A DNA stretch of 63,372 nt, the filler included, from Folioceros fuciformis (lineage: Eukaryota): assembly GCA_049999805.1 (NCBI GenBank). It is 3 parts of 3 records of this genome, joined end to end, with 100 filler letters (N's around TTAATTAATTAA, not from the genome) between each part and the next. Parts side by side here need not be neighbours in the genome. Positions count along the whole stretch, not along the records: positions 24,596 to 38,231 come from JBNGIO010006273.1; positions 38,332 to 63,372 come from JBNGIO010006274.1; 1 more part is not named here. One strand, 5' to 3'. Shown here piece after piece: positions 28,060-39,597 of this stretch (position 1 is the stretch's first letter; the number at the start of each line of letters is the position of its first letter). A program made the translations under genes and the position numbers. Below the pieces are notes generated by a model. That model made no database searches, had not been told where the DNA came from, and saw only the letters and a program-made list of their open reading frames with translations.

Positions 28060-29800
28060 ATAACCAGCATGCTTGCTCATGGAAATCATGGTTGTGCGAT
28101 TGACATGACCCAAGCGTGCGTGCCATAAGACTGATTGCTGAGTAGCTGAAAGGTTTCCTACACTTGTAGAATGAGCCTGAGGATTAGAACTGATGATGCA
28201 TTTGATGTCCAAGCGATACAAGTCCTGTTCAGGATGTGCTCGAAACACACATATGGACGGAGCAGAGTTCTGATAAAAGCAATAGGAGGTATCTGCAACT
28301 TGGAGAAGAAAACACTGGGTCTTCATCAACTTGCTCAAAGATAACAAGTTTTTGGCCATACGAGGCACATAGAGGACATCACGATATGTAAGCTCAGTCT
28401 TGTCATTTAGTTTGAATTTACAGCAACCTTGACCAAGGATCTGTAAACTCGTGTCAATGTGTTCATCACCCAGGTAAACACACTCCAAACCCTAAGGACA
28501 GTCTTGTCATCCAGTCTGAATTTACAGCAACCTTGACCAAGGATCTGTAAACTCGTGTCAATGTGTTCATCGCCCAGGTAAACACGCTCCAAACCCTAAG
28601 GACAGTCTTGTCATTCAGTCTGAATTTACAGCAACCTTGACCAAGGATCTGTAAACTCGTGTCAATGTGTTCATCACCCAGGTAAACATGCTCCACGTTT
28701 GATGTGAGCTGCAGACTGTTGAATTGAGTCTCATCATGACAAATGTGTGCTGTGGCTCCAGAATCCAGGAACCAAGAAGATCTGTCATGTGTCGATGAGG
28801 TAAGACAGACAGTCAGTATTTTTACCACTAGCTTTGAAGAATATGCACTGGAGAATTTTTCTCTAACAGTGGTAGTTGATGCAGTTATGGGAGCCTTCTG
28901 AGGTTTGCCAGCTCTCTTCTTACGACATTCCTTCGCCTAGTGTCTAGGGATACCACACCAGTTACATGTGCCCTGACGCTTAATAGTTGACGAACTGGCC
29001 TCATGGCGAGTCACATGGAGAGGAGGATGTGTACCTATCACATGTCCTGCTCCTCTGGAATGGTTTACCACGGAAAGCAGAAAACACTCTGTCAGCTTTG
29101 GACTTGGATCCAGACCGTGACAAGAGCCTGCTTTGCTCTTCCTGGTATAACGCGCCTATCACCCCGTCAAGGGTGAGTGGAGAGGCTTGTCCAGCAGCAA
29201 CAGCAACATTTGCTGTTCTAATGGGAGCATTATGTGAAGATACGAAATTCTGGTAGCTAGGAGGGAGGCTCGTAAGCAATTGAGCCACAGCATCAATCTC
29301 ATCCATTTTGGTGCCTACAGCAACAAGTTGAGCTCTCAAGTCACGGAACTTGTTGCAATGTGTAAGTACCTTATCCCCTTCTTTTAGTTTCAGTCCATAG
29401 AATTCCAAGCGAGGTGCACATAACGTCATGACATTGCGCACTTGATAAGTATCAGCAAGCTGTTGCCATATTTGACTTGCCTTGGTGAGGAATTCTACGT
29501 CGGGGAGGAGGTCTTCAGAAAGACCAGCAATGAGGAGGGCCATGCATACGCTGTTGGCATGTGCCTAATGATCCTTTTCTCCCTTGGTTGCTGTAGATGC
29601 TGGTTCAAGAATAGAACCGTCAGCATATCCCCAGACATTTCTGGCAAGCAAAGTGGACTTCATCCTCACCTTCCATAGCTCATATTTTTGTCCAGTAAAC
29701 TTGTCGTTTTCTTTTAACTCAGACGTGAAGACAAGTGTAAAAGATCCAGGCACTGGTGGAGGAGGGGGAGGATGCTGCGCCGACAATGCTAGAGAGTCTG
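28060..29800 (-). mobile_element. Ty1/Copia LTR retrotransposon remnant (gag, zinc knuckle, protease, GAG-pre-integrase), truncated
   Basis: KFTGQKYELWKVRMKSTL gag N-terminus, UBN2-like LLTSLPPSYQNF, knuckle CNWCGIPRH*AKEC, protease WFLDSGATAHIC and LWHARLGH. Contains in-frame stops and frameshifts; no integrase or RT seen. Confidence 0.93.
28395..28695. repeat. Tandem triplication in Copia pol: 93-bp unit plus 11-bp filler (period 104 bp)
   Basis: Near-identical units start at 28395, 28499 and 28603, separated by AACCCTAAGGA. Confidence 0.95.
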
Positions 29801-29946
29801 TGATGTTTTGAGCAGCAAGGGGAAACAGGCGGATGTGATAGGAGGAGGCACCAACTGAGGTGAGGAGGCGCTAAGGTGCTTAACAAGTAAGCCACAAACC
29901 CCCTATCAAAATGGTATCCCGTTAGGGATAGAAGTTCAAAAAACAA

Positions 29947-30101
29947 TGTTAAAATGAACTAACCCTAAAAACGGCTGGCAGTTAGGATGTGGAATGTCAC
30001 AAGACGTGGACAGAAGCAGAACAGGTGCATCCACGTGTGCCTTTCCCTCTACGGCCTATGACTCTTCACCACAGTTGGAATCTCGAGCTGCTAGTCGAAC
30101 A
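29947..30101 (-). mobile_element. Possible short 5' LTR of the 28-30 kb Copia element
   Basis: Bounded by TGTT...AACA, and its TGTTAAAAT end matches the LTR end at 37080. No canonical PBS recognised. Confidence 0.3.
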
Positions 30102-31029
30102 TCCAAAATCTGGCCGGGAGAAATCCTGACTTGGTTTGGTAAGATTTGTCAACTTCACCAGTGCATAGTCTTGTAGTTGAATTGGCTGTGATGGTGGTTG
30201 TTGTGATAGTTGCCATTCGCTGTATATCCTGCAGGCACTCCATTAGGTTTGGGTTGACCAAAAAGTGATGGCCTTGTGGCATGCTTGTTTTTGCGTCTAG
30301 GCATCTTTTAGAGTACACACAACAACAATCCTCTATACAGGTTGGGCGTCTGGATAATCATTTCAGATTAGTAGCATAATCCATAGAAATTAGGCTAACT
30401 CTGACTTGCAGGAAGGGAAGCAGGGTCTTCGACAAAATTCAGCTAGTATCCTAAGATGGTGTTGAATTCTGTTGAATTCCCAGCTGCTCTTCTTACTTGT
30501 CCACATATTAGCTCATATAAATTAAGTTCTTAGCTTCTCATTCTGCTAGACAGTGGGAGTGTGTACGATGGCAAAGTTTGTAAATAAAGGCTTATATATG
30601 ATCGCCTGTTAAATCGCATTGAAGATACACTATACACTAGATCATAAGATCCATTTGTTGTTTCGATGTACCATACTGCTGGCCAAGCAAGGACATCAAT
30701 AGCCTCTACCCATAGTCATTGAATTAAGCCTAATAAACTCCATGATTGATCAAGGTACCGATATCTACAAACTTGGGCATAGGAGTCAATAACCATCATA
30801 TATGTTCATGGCTTTGATACGAGGACAATTATTGGACAGGACGGTAGGACATGACCAGAAAAGAAGAGCAGGAGAGAAAGAACATAATACAATTGAATAA
30901 GTAAATGAATACAAAAAGAGTTTAAAGTATGTCTATATATGCAATAGATGCCTCTTCACTAGATGACCTTTAGATAATATAATCTAAGTAAAAATAAGCC
31001 TATAATTAACCCTAAGCGAGTAAGGTCAA

Positions 31030-31862
31030 ATTCCTAACAAGGGGCAACGCAAACCATCCCCATAGATAATTGTCCCACTACCGCTGAAGAGGATGCGGGT
31101 GTAAGACCATTAAAGCAAAGATAGATGTATCTCGGACCATATCGACCCACGATGACGATGGCAACCAAGGAGGCGAGGCTGGAAGGTAGTGTCAACGAAA
31201 TATAAACGGGAGATATGATCGCTGCACCATGTGAGGGCGATGACAAAAATAGACCTTTTTGGATTGCGAGGGTTGAGGACGTCGATACGATAACACCACA
31301 ACCATCTCTTCTAATACAATGGTGGGCAACAGAAAATAATAATGCCTTTGAAGTAAGATATCTACCGGAGGAGATTTGCCCATCGACACAATCGCGCCCA
31401 AGCAGGAAACGCCATCGCTTTCGTCAACTTCTGAAATTGGATCGCTTGATTCTACCAGAAACTTTTATATTAGCATATGGATTCCTATTGACGCGCAATA
31501 ACACTCTGCAACTATAGACACAAGAACTGATCACAACTAAGTTATATGAACTTCACAATCAATCCCAAAATATTCCATGCAACCGAGGAGACATTCTCGA
31601 GATGGAAAGGACCATGAAGGGTATCGAAAAGAGACCAATTGTATAAGATTTTCAGGAAGCTGTAGAAGTTGTTGGCGAGACATGAGAAGACCAAATAGTA
31701 GTCCAAGACACCCCTCAAAGATCAACTTTTGGCCCGGTCGCTAGGAGAACAAGAGCAAGGACTCATGGGCACCAACCGGTGCATGGTGCTTTCGAGGACA
31801 TGTTTGACAAAAACCCAAAGCAAGCGATGAAGAGGAAGAAGAAGAAGAGTGTGCCCGACTAG
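31030..31862 (+). pseudogene. Decayed ORF of unknown, probably TE-derived, protein
   Basis: One frame of ~275 codons (YLGPYRP...GDMIAAP...RPFWIARVE...LIQWW...KRKKKK) broken only by isolated stop codons, with no frameshift. Confidence 0.6.
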
Positions 31863-31868
31863 CATTGG

Positions 31869-32087
31869 CTAATCCCTGACTTGAGGCTGCTAGCATAGTA
31901 CGATGGTTCATCATGCATGGCGTGCACATGGGTGTGCCATTCTAATCCCTGACTTGAGGCTGCTAGCATAGTACGATGGTTCATCTTGCATGGCGTGCAC
32001 ATGGGCGTGCCATGCTAATCCCTGACTTAAGGCTACTAGCATAGTATGATGGTTCATCTTGCATGGCGTGCACATGGGTGTGCCATG
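31869..32087. repeat. Tandem repeat, 3 x 73 bp
   Basis: CTAATCCCTGACTTGAGGCTGCTAGCATAGT... starts at 31869, 31942 and 32015. Confidence 0.95.
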
Positions 32088-32517
32088 CGTTATGATGGGC
32101 GTGCCATGATATTATGTAGGGCTCGTATCCTCTTGACCCACTATTTGAAAAGAATCAAATACATGCAGAAAATAGGGGTTTTTGAGAACAAGTAGTATTA
32201 CTTGACATTCAGAATCATGTTGGTCTAAGATCAAAAACATTTGTGTCTCATCATATCATTCCCGATGTGATTGCACCTTGAAGAGTGCATGGTGTGCACC
32301 GGTTACCACCGTCAAAAACTAGCAAAACAAGCGGATGATTACTAAAATAGCCATTTACTGTTTGGATTTTCAGTGAAACCCAATTTGCCAATTTAATTCA
32401 GATGTTGTTATGTATGGAGAAGATGTTGTAGAATATTCGCATATAATATAAGGTTGAAAAAAAAACCCTAATGGAGGACCGTATGCCCGTATGGGTATTC
32501 GATACGGAGGCAGTTTG

Positions 32518-32750
32518 TTTCTGAGCTTGCTGATTGGGTGAAAGAAATGAAAGGTGTTTCCTGGAATGCACGGAGCAGTGGCCTGGAATTCACGGGACAA
32601 GGTCGTAGGCCGGCTATTTCTGAGCTTGCTTCCTGATTCGGTGAAAGAAATAAAAGACGTTTCCTGGAATGCATGGAGCGGTCGCCTGGAATTCAAGCGA
32701 CATGGTCTTAGGCCGGCTGTTTCTGAGCTTGCTGCCTGATTCCGTGAAAG
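32518..32750. repeat. Diverged tandem repeat of ~100 bp, about 2.3 copies
   Basis: TTTCTGAGCTTGCT at 32518, 32617 and 32720, with shared GTGAAAG, TTTCCTGGAATGCA and GCCTGGAATTCA blocks. Confidence 0.85.
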
Positions 32751-33515
32751 CGATAGCGCGGAGACAGGAGGTCGATTATGTGCGAATATCATTGTGTGGC
32801 AGACAAAGGTCCATCGCCCAGTATTCAGAGTCGTCGTTGGACACACGGGGCCAACTGGCAACCATATGTCCAGAAAAAGCCCGCGCTGAGTAGCCCCCCA
32901 CCCAGGGACGCAACCAGGAAGTCACCTATTTAATTTGTATGTACTCTAATGTAACATTATATAATATAGTAATAAAATAAAATAAACCAAAATAAAACGG
33001 TCAACATTTCATGGCACAGTTTCCGTTTTCGTGTTAAAACAATGAAAACACAATTGGCACAATCAGGTGCGACACCTCCTATCGTCCCTGTCAGCTCCCA
33101 GGAACCGAGACACAATCGAAGGCGCCGCGTTGGTGCCGTGATGGTTTCAAACAGTACCAAACCTCTGGTCAACATGGATGCCCGAACGAAGCGCCTCCAT
33201 GGAGAGCTGGCGCCACCCGGGCTGGGCAACGGTAGCAGCGCGGATCAGCTTCTCTGCCCACGCCCTCAAGGGCCTATAAAACCAGCACCCACCACCGATC
33301 ATCAGCACAGCATCCGGAACCGCCAATCCTTCTGCTTTTGAGTTACTCTCCAGCATAGCTTCACCCATGCTCGTACGTATACGTGTCTGCTATCTCCTGC
33401 GACTTGATCGCATAGTATCAAGAGCAATCCGACATCTTTGGAAGCAGTGGGAGGTATAGCGCGCGGGACCGTCCCAACAGCGGATCCATTGGAAGGTTCT
33501 AAAGCCATCATCGAC

Positions 33516-34957
<1,442 letters not shown>

Positions 34958-35129
34958 CACCACTCTTCATTCTTCACCTATGCCAAGCCAAACGCTTGGC
35001 TCACGATTTGTACCCATTGTACCACTTTTTGTTCGCAAAATGTAACATCCGGTGAGCCAAACTTCACAATCCAGCTATCCAAAGCTAAGTGAAAGTGAAA
35101 GCGCTGGATGCTCATCGAGCCCAAGCTGC

Positions 35130-35400
35130 TGTCACCAAGTTTGGCTGTACCAATCGAGATCGATTTGACTGTGGTATCCTTCCAATCCCAAGGAAGAAGC
35201 TCCTCAGCAATCCTAGGTGGTATTGTCACCGTCTAATCTGTGCCCTCAACAACAAACATGAGTTCATTCCCCTCCAAAATCTGTGTCAGCCTCATTGACA
35301 ATGTAGTGTAATCGGTTCCATTAAAACCATCCCTATCTCGAAACTTTATTTTCAAGAAACTTGGAAGCATCTGCAATGTTCCTGCCATACTTGTCTGGTA
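35130..35400 (-). mobile_element. Degenerate Copia gag N-terminal fragment
   Basis: DGFNGTDYTTLSMRLTQILEGNELMFVVEGTD*, resembling the F-x-G-x-[ND]-Y-x-x-W gag start also seen at ~29700. Confidence 0.7.
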
Positions 35401-36888
35401 GATGGCAGGAGCAAACGAGTTAAATCTTGCCCTAGCTAGCACGGCCTAAGGGGAAACATTCCCAGGATCGAAATAGTCAGGATGAGCGAAAAACCAATAC
35501 AGATCAAATAAAGATCATCATGTTCTTCAAGGCTAGCCTCACCCGTATCTTGTCATAGAAGTCACAAGACCTCTATGCTGCAGGCACTCGCTGGCTTCTC
35601 CACTAAAACAAGTGAAGGGTTTATGATGGAAAGAGATTTGAACTTTTCACAAATGTGGTGTAGGACCTTGATACCATCAGACAAGTTGTTGATCAGATCT
35701 CGTAGGTCATGAGACCTTTTGTGAGCCATAGTGAGTTGTTTCCTAAATGAGATCTTAGTTGGAGTCGGCACTATCGTTGCTTCATGAACAGAGAGGAAGG
35801 GCCTTGCAATGCCTTTGATTGCCTCCGGCAGAGAAACTGATGGCTGTGGCTAGCAGGTGGAGTTGCACACCATTTTGTGGCACTATTAAATCACATACGT
35901 TGCTCGCTCGCAGAAACGATCGCATTGAGCCTAGATGGCTTTGATGCCACATTGGTTTCGAGCGCGGATTGGGTCAAGCTATCATCGCAAGCGAGCACAC
36001 GAGCAACTGTCATTAATTATTATAGTCATCGAGCCACTAGCTTAAGTGTGCTGTAGCCTGCTGAGTTAATAACGGTCTATCACTTGAAATTCTAAACCAC
36101 CATAATGGAGTTATTTACTACATGTAACTTTGGATTTCCTACGTAGATGCACCTTCTGTTCTCCTAATATCTCCCCCTTCCTCTTATTCTTGACCCAACC
36201 GTATCCACTAACGATGGTATAGAGGGTAAGGATGATTGAAAGTTTGCACCTCCGCCAATAGTTACACGCACTCCTCCTGTTCCTCAAGCTGCAATTCGTC
36301 ATCCAGCAATTGTGTTTACACCGTTAGCACCTGCACCAGCTCTACCTACCACTCATGTTACCCCAGCTTCTCCTCCCAGCTCTCCACACTACTAGCGCAA
36401 CAAACATGCCTTGTTTGTTATGCCTTTTGTTACAATGTTTGTTATGGTGGACAAAACCCTAAACTGGGTAAGCCCTAAACTGTGGTTTGGCCCACACGTA
36501 GTGGCCTTGTTACGCTTTGCGATGCATTAATCGCATCAGCCTTTAAATAAAACGAGCGCTCAGCTTCTTAGGTAGCATTCCTCCTTAGCCATAATCGCTC
36601 AAAATGACCTCCTGGATGTTGTGCGATTACATTTATAATCTATTTGATTTGATACGTGTCTGATGTTCAGGCAGTATAGAACAAACTTTTAGGGGGCCCA
36701 CATTCAGAGTTTTGTAGAGAATCGTCTAGCCAATGGCTGCGCCTCCCCGCGTTAGAGGTCCTCCTCCTTGGATCGTAGGAAGGCATTGCATGTTGCTGTA
36801 GGGAGGTGGAAATGCCTAACATTGCATTTCCTCTTGANNNNNNNNNNAGGGAGGTGGAAATGCCTAACATTGCATTTCCTCTTGACAC

Positions 36889-37079
36889 GGCATGCCCAAT
36901 CCACATAAGCTCACTGACATGCCCAAACCACATCGGCTCATTGACATGCCCAAACCACACCGGCTCATTGACATGCCCAAACCACATAAGCTCATTGACA
37001 TGCCCAAACCACATCGGCTCATTGACATGCCCAAACCATATAAGCTCATTGACATGCCCAAACCACATCAACTCATTGA
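36889..37079. repeat. 27-bp minisatellite, about 7 copies
   Basis: Consensus GACATGCCCAAACCACAT(CGG/AAG)CTCATT; it generates the spurious MWFGHVNEL and DMPKPHRLI ORFs. Confidence 0.97.
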
Positions 37080-37339
37080 TGTTAAAATCCTAGCAGTAGG
37101 ATTGCATCTAATCTAGCATGATTAGGATTGCATCTACTCTAGCATTATCAAGATGCAATGCTCAGAGAGATATTTAGTGTTAGTCTCTAAAAGGTGTATA
37201 TAAAGTATGTCTTAAATAGCGTCACTAGGTGTCTCTTCCGAAGAGGCACACCTGTTCGTAATTATTAAATACTATTAATTACAGTCTATGGTAACTAGCT
37301 GGTCCGCAGGGTTACGGGCAGATTATCCATTCCGTAACA
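37080..37339 (-). mobile_element. 3' LTR (260 bp) of a Copia element
   Basis: TGTTA...TAACA termini, directly preceded on the minus strand by the polypurine tract AAGAGGGAG (37340-37348). Confidence 0.85.
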
Positions 37340-38231
37340 CTCCCTCTTAAGCTGAGCATAACCTGACCAGTGGTGGAGGCTATCTCCCATGGACCACGAT
37401 GCTCCTCTTTGATGCGCTCCCTCTAAAGGCTAATAAGAGCCTGTACATGCCGTCTTGAGGCACGGCACTAAAGAGGCACAAGTCAGGATTTGTGGTCCTG
37501 AAAAGGTAGCATGACCCCCTTGAATCAAGCATCTTAAGATCGCCTTGCTTCAGCAGCTAAGTCATGGACACCAGGTTCTTGCCCATCTATGGGACTAGGA
37601 GCACAGGCTCCAAGGTAAGCACCGAACTGTCCTCGAGGGGAAATTTGCAAGTGCCTTGTTCCATGTTTGGCAGGCTGGATCTACTCTGTTCGTCACCGAG
37701 TAACACCCTTTCCTTGAGAGGACGAGTATCCAACTTGGTGAATAGAGTACAATCGTTGCATATGTGGTTGGTGGCTCCGCTTTCGAGATACCACCCCGCA
37801 TCCTGATGCAACTGGGTTGAGGTAAGCCGTAAGTATCTTTGCGGTTCTTGTCTCCGCTGTGCTGGCATTCCCCTTGACTACAATACTGGCTGCCTGTCAC
37901 AAGTCAGCCTTCTACAACTCTCTGGCCTCTTTCTTGCGGCACTCTTGTGCCCAATGGCCGGCAGCTCCGCACCAATCGCAGTTTCCAGCTCGGTTAGGAG
38001 GGGCAAAGGTTGAGTCACCCTTAGGGGTGAAGTTCGCCTCACCCTTTGAATTCCTCCCGGGCTTGAAGCGGGTGGAAAGCGCCTTGTCTGCTTTGGGCTT
38101 GGACCCTCCTGCAAAACATAAGCGGCTCTGCTCCTGCTAATACAGAGAACCGATGATGTCCTCTACTGTTAGAGTGGGGGCAGTACCCGGCTTACCCTGA
38201 GTTGATACCAACATCAGGCTAGTAACAAAAT
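37340..38231 (-). mobile_element. Internally deleted Copia (gag end, knuckle, protease, then PPT); 5' end in gap
   Basis: Knuckle CDWCGAAGHWAQEC, protease WYLESGATNHIC and VLLVP*MGKNLVS. The PPT follows within ~250 bp, with no integrase, RT or RNase H. Confidence 0.9.
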
Positions 38232-38331
38232 NNNNNNNNNNNNNNNNNNNNNNNNNNNNNNNNNNNNNNNNNNNNTTAATTAATTAANNNNNNNNNNNNN
38301 NNNNNNNNNNNNNNNNNNNNNNNNNNNNNNN
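38232..38331. other. Artificial scaffold linker N44-TTAATTAATTAA-N44
   Basis: TTAATTAATTAA at 38276-38287 between two 44-N runs. Confidence 0.95.
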
Positions 38332-38661
38332 GGGTCGCCGCGAGTAGAAGTGCAACGTACTAGCAGCCGTGAACTGAGCGTTGCCCCTACCAGGGTCCAG
38401 CTTCTCTACCACAAAATCCGTGTACTCGAAATACATCTTCCACAGCAGGGGCCGGAGGTGCGCGCCGGGCATCTGCTCCTTGAGCGCCATCCTGACTTCC
38501 CCGACATTGTCCGCAAGTCTCGACCACCACTTTGTGGAGAAATCCTTGAGCTTGCTATGCGACGGTACTGAGTCCCCCAGCTCGACTGCGAAGGGCTGCA
38601 GCTCGAAGCCGTGCACGTCGGTCCCGCGCTCCTCCATACTTTCCGGATATGGCAGAATCAT
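38332..38661 (-). CDS. Possible exon of an unknown gene running into the gap
   Basis: GC-rich open frame MILPYPESMEE...KWWSRL...LWKMYFEY, preceded by an acceptor-like TTCCTGCTAG; a donor-like AAG|GTAAAG lies near 38887. Confidence 0.4.
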
Positions 38662-39057
38662 CTAGCAGGAAGCAGAGTCGGCACAGCGGACGAACCTCTC
38701 CCGGCATCCTGCTTGCTTCCGGGCGCGCGGAACCCCCGGGCCGATGGTGACGGTGGAAGAGCTGCAAGGCAGCAGCATGCCAAGTTGCGCAAGTTGCACG
38801 AGTCGCACCAAGTTGGACGCCTCACGGGAGTTCCAAGTCAGATGACTCCACGGCGGCAACAAGCAATACGGGATTAGGAGCTTTACCTTGAGGAATTAAT
38901 AAAGAGAGCCAGCCAGCTAGCTAGCCGGCCGGCTGCGGCCTGTGCACCTTGGAATATGCATCTCCCGGGAGGCGAGGTCGGAGGCAGTTAGATGTCGAAC
39001 ACGTCCACTTGGACGCGCGTCAGCTACGAATATCCGTGGTAGCTCACACTCTTTCCA

Positions 39058-39205
39058 CTCCGAAAGGGAACCTATCCGGTCAATTTGCACCGCATTGAGT
39101 CACGACGCTCCGAAAAGGAACCTATCCGGTCAATTTGCACCGCATTGAGTCACGACACTCCGAAAAGGAACCTATACGGTCCATTCGCACCGCATTGAGT
39201 CACGA
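39058..39205. repeat. Tandem repeat, 3 x 50 bp, each with TGAGTCA
   Basis: CGAAA(A/G)GGAACCTAT...GCACCGCATTGAGTCACGA at 39061, 39111 and 39161. Confidence 0.95.
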
Positions 39206-39597
39206 TTTGCGCATGGATGCACTCTGCCTTGATGAGCTAACGAAGGGTGCGACAAATGTTGAATTCCCATTCAAAATCAGAACTTCAAGAGCATGCATCC
39301 ACCTTCTCTTCCCGCCTTTCTCTTGCCGAAGCACAAAAGTGCAAGCACGAGCTGGTGCTACAGGAATGTACGACAACGAGGTGCTACAGCTGTCGGCGCC
39401 GCTGGGACTTGAGATTGTGATGAGATTTCACTGAATCGGTCTTTTGCTAGGCGGGCGACTTGTCTCCTTGCATGTGGAGCTTCACCAGGCATCCGATCTG
39501 AATATTCTGGGATTCCGGGACCCACCCCGTTCTGCGCAGACGTCACTAGCCGCACGCCAGTCGGAAGACGTCGTTCAGGTGGCACCGGATTTGATAT

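Noticed and set aside
29912-29928. TGGTATC PBS-like motif and small hairpin upstream of Copia gag
   Set aside because: On the wrong strand for the element, and the match to a tRNA-Met PBS is too short.
36800-36885. 38-bp direct repeat flanking a 10-N gap
   Set aside because: Most likely an unmerged contig overlap rather than biology.
36667-37116. Repetitive peptides (MWFGHVNEL, DMPKPHRLI) and CRISPR-like periodicity
   Set aside because: A head-to-tail 27-bp minisatellite with no unique spacers and no cas genes, in a eukaryotic context.
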